NCBI GenBank assembly: GCA_002104905.1
Contig: MCFE01000626.1
Span: 1-51,856, forward strand
DNA: 51,856 nt
Direction: 5' to 3'
Source: Basidiobolus meristosporus CBS 931.73
Lineage: Eukaryota > Fungi > Basidiobolomycota
Part shown: piece by piece, positions 51,101 to 51,856 of the stretch
Layout: every line of letters begins with the position of its first letter
Position numbering within the stretch: position 1 is the first letter of the stretch
Program-made: the position numbers and the translations under genes
The notes under the pieces: generated by a model
Told to the model about the DNA's origin: nothing
Seen by the model: only the letters and a program-made list of their open reading frames with translations
Databases searched by the model: none

Positions 51101-51856
51101 TGCAGGTGGAGAGGCAGAAACTGAAGCAGGAACTGAGGTCATCTGGGAGAAGGTAGTAGAAGCAGGTTTTCAGGGAGGAACAGAGTTCACTATCCAGTTG
51201 TTCTGTAAAACACTGGAGTAGCTTTTCTGTGAAACAGGATCTTGCTCTTGAATAGGAACAGAAGCAGGAGGCTGGGGCTGAGCAGTAGTGGTAAGGCAGT
51301 GGCACTCCAAGGAAGCTTTTTGCAAGGCATCTCTGGCAGTTTTCAGGGCAGTATTGGCTTCATTCTTGAGCTTCTTGCATTGAGCATCCAGTCTCTTGTT
51401 TTCAATAGCCAGGGCAGTATTGGCAGCCTCTAAATCAGCAATTCTCTTCTCAATTGCAAGGAATCTCTGAAGAAATGCATCAGTAGAAGTGCTGGCATCT
51501 GGGAGAGCAGTGGCAGGAATAGAGTCCATTGACAGTGGGCTTCTTGGAGGCAAGGAACGTGGACTGGCAGATTCAGGCACAAAAGGAGATATCCTGGCAG
51601 GAGGAGAAGGAGTATCCAAGGCAGTAACAGAGGCAATTCTTGTTGGTGAAGCAGCAGCAGGGGAGGCAAGCCTGTTCAGAAACTGGGCAGGAGAGAGTGC
51701 TTGAGGAGAGGGAGTCTTCAGCTTGCCAAGCATGTCTTCCATCAGAGTGATACCAATATTCCTGGTGCATTTGCATAGAAAAGTAAGCTTCCTGAGTCTG
51801 CCAGCTCTTCCATTCCTTCTGATAGTTCCATTGTTTCCACAGTTGGGGCAAGAAAT
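48129..51856 (-). mobile_element. Non-LTR retrotransposon (LINE): ORF1-like region, APE endonuclease and RT; 3'-truncated; runs off the window
   Basis: EN: LLLNCNS, LLGDLN, VDWI, SDH. RT: APGVD, SYRPISLL, QFGF, FDITKAFDSV, GVVQGSVLGPILF, FAND, YLGF. Confidence 0.92.

Overview
Eukaryotic genomic DNA with short GT-AG introns and CTAAC branch sites. It is most likely an early-diverging fungus (Mucoromycota/Zoopagomycota-like); this is inferred from gene content and not confirmed. The window has three compartments. (1) ~1-13.6 kb: nested, decayed transposons (CACTA/EnSpm-like element, Gypsy pol plus LTR, Copia internal region plus LTRs), almost devoid of CpG. (2) ~13.7-40.1 kb: a compact, CpG-rich island of about 16 intron-containing genes: NKAP, an orphan, a BET bromodomain protein with a BRD4-like tail, TRS33, POS5-type NAD(H) kinase, PFA4, a possible small ORF, PAC2/PSMG2, USP30-like DUB, an 8-Cys GPI-like protein, a CreA/Mig1-type zinc finger, an F-box/PP2-like protein, a Cu/Zn SOD with an N-terminal hydrophobic leader, SVP26, KEL3 and a membrane-anchored alginate-lyase-family enzyme. 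(3) ~40.1-51.9 kb: CpG-depleted repeats (Copia remnants, solo LTRs, 421-bp and 154-bp tandem arrays, a ~1.8-kb foldback inverted repeat, and a LINE whose ORF1, endonuclease and RT lie in one reading frame). The strongest leads are post-insertion CpG erasure of repeats, the single-frame LINE, the foldback element, the F-box-PP2 fusion, the apparently secreted Zn-retaining SOD, the BRD4-type tail, the anchored uronate lyase and a duplicated alternative C-terminus on the zinc-finger gene. All family assignments come from motif recognition by eye; no database searches were run. Note that the supplied ORF track uses TTG/GTG/CTG starts, so I checked the real ATGs in the sequence.
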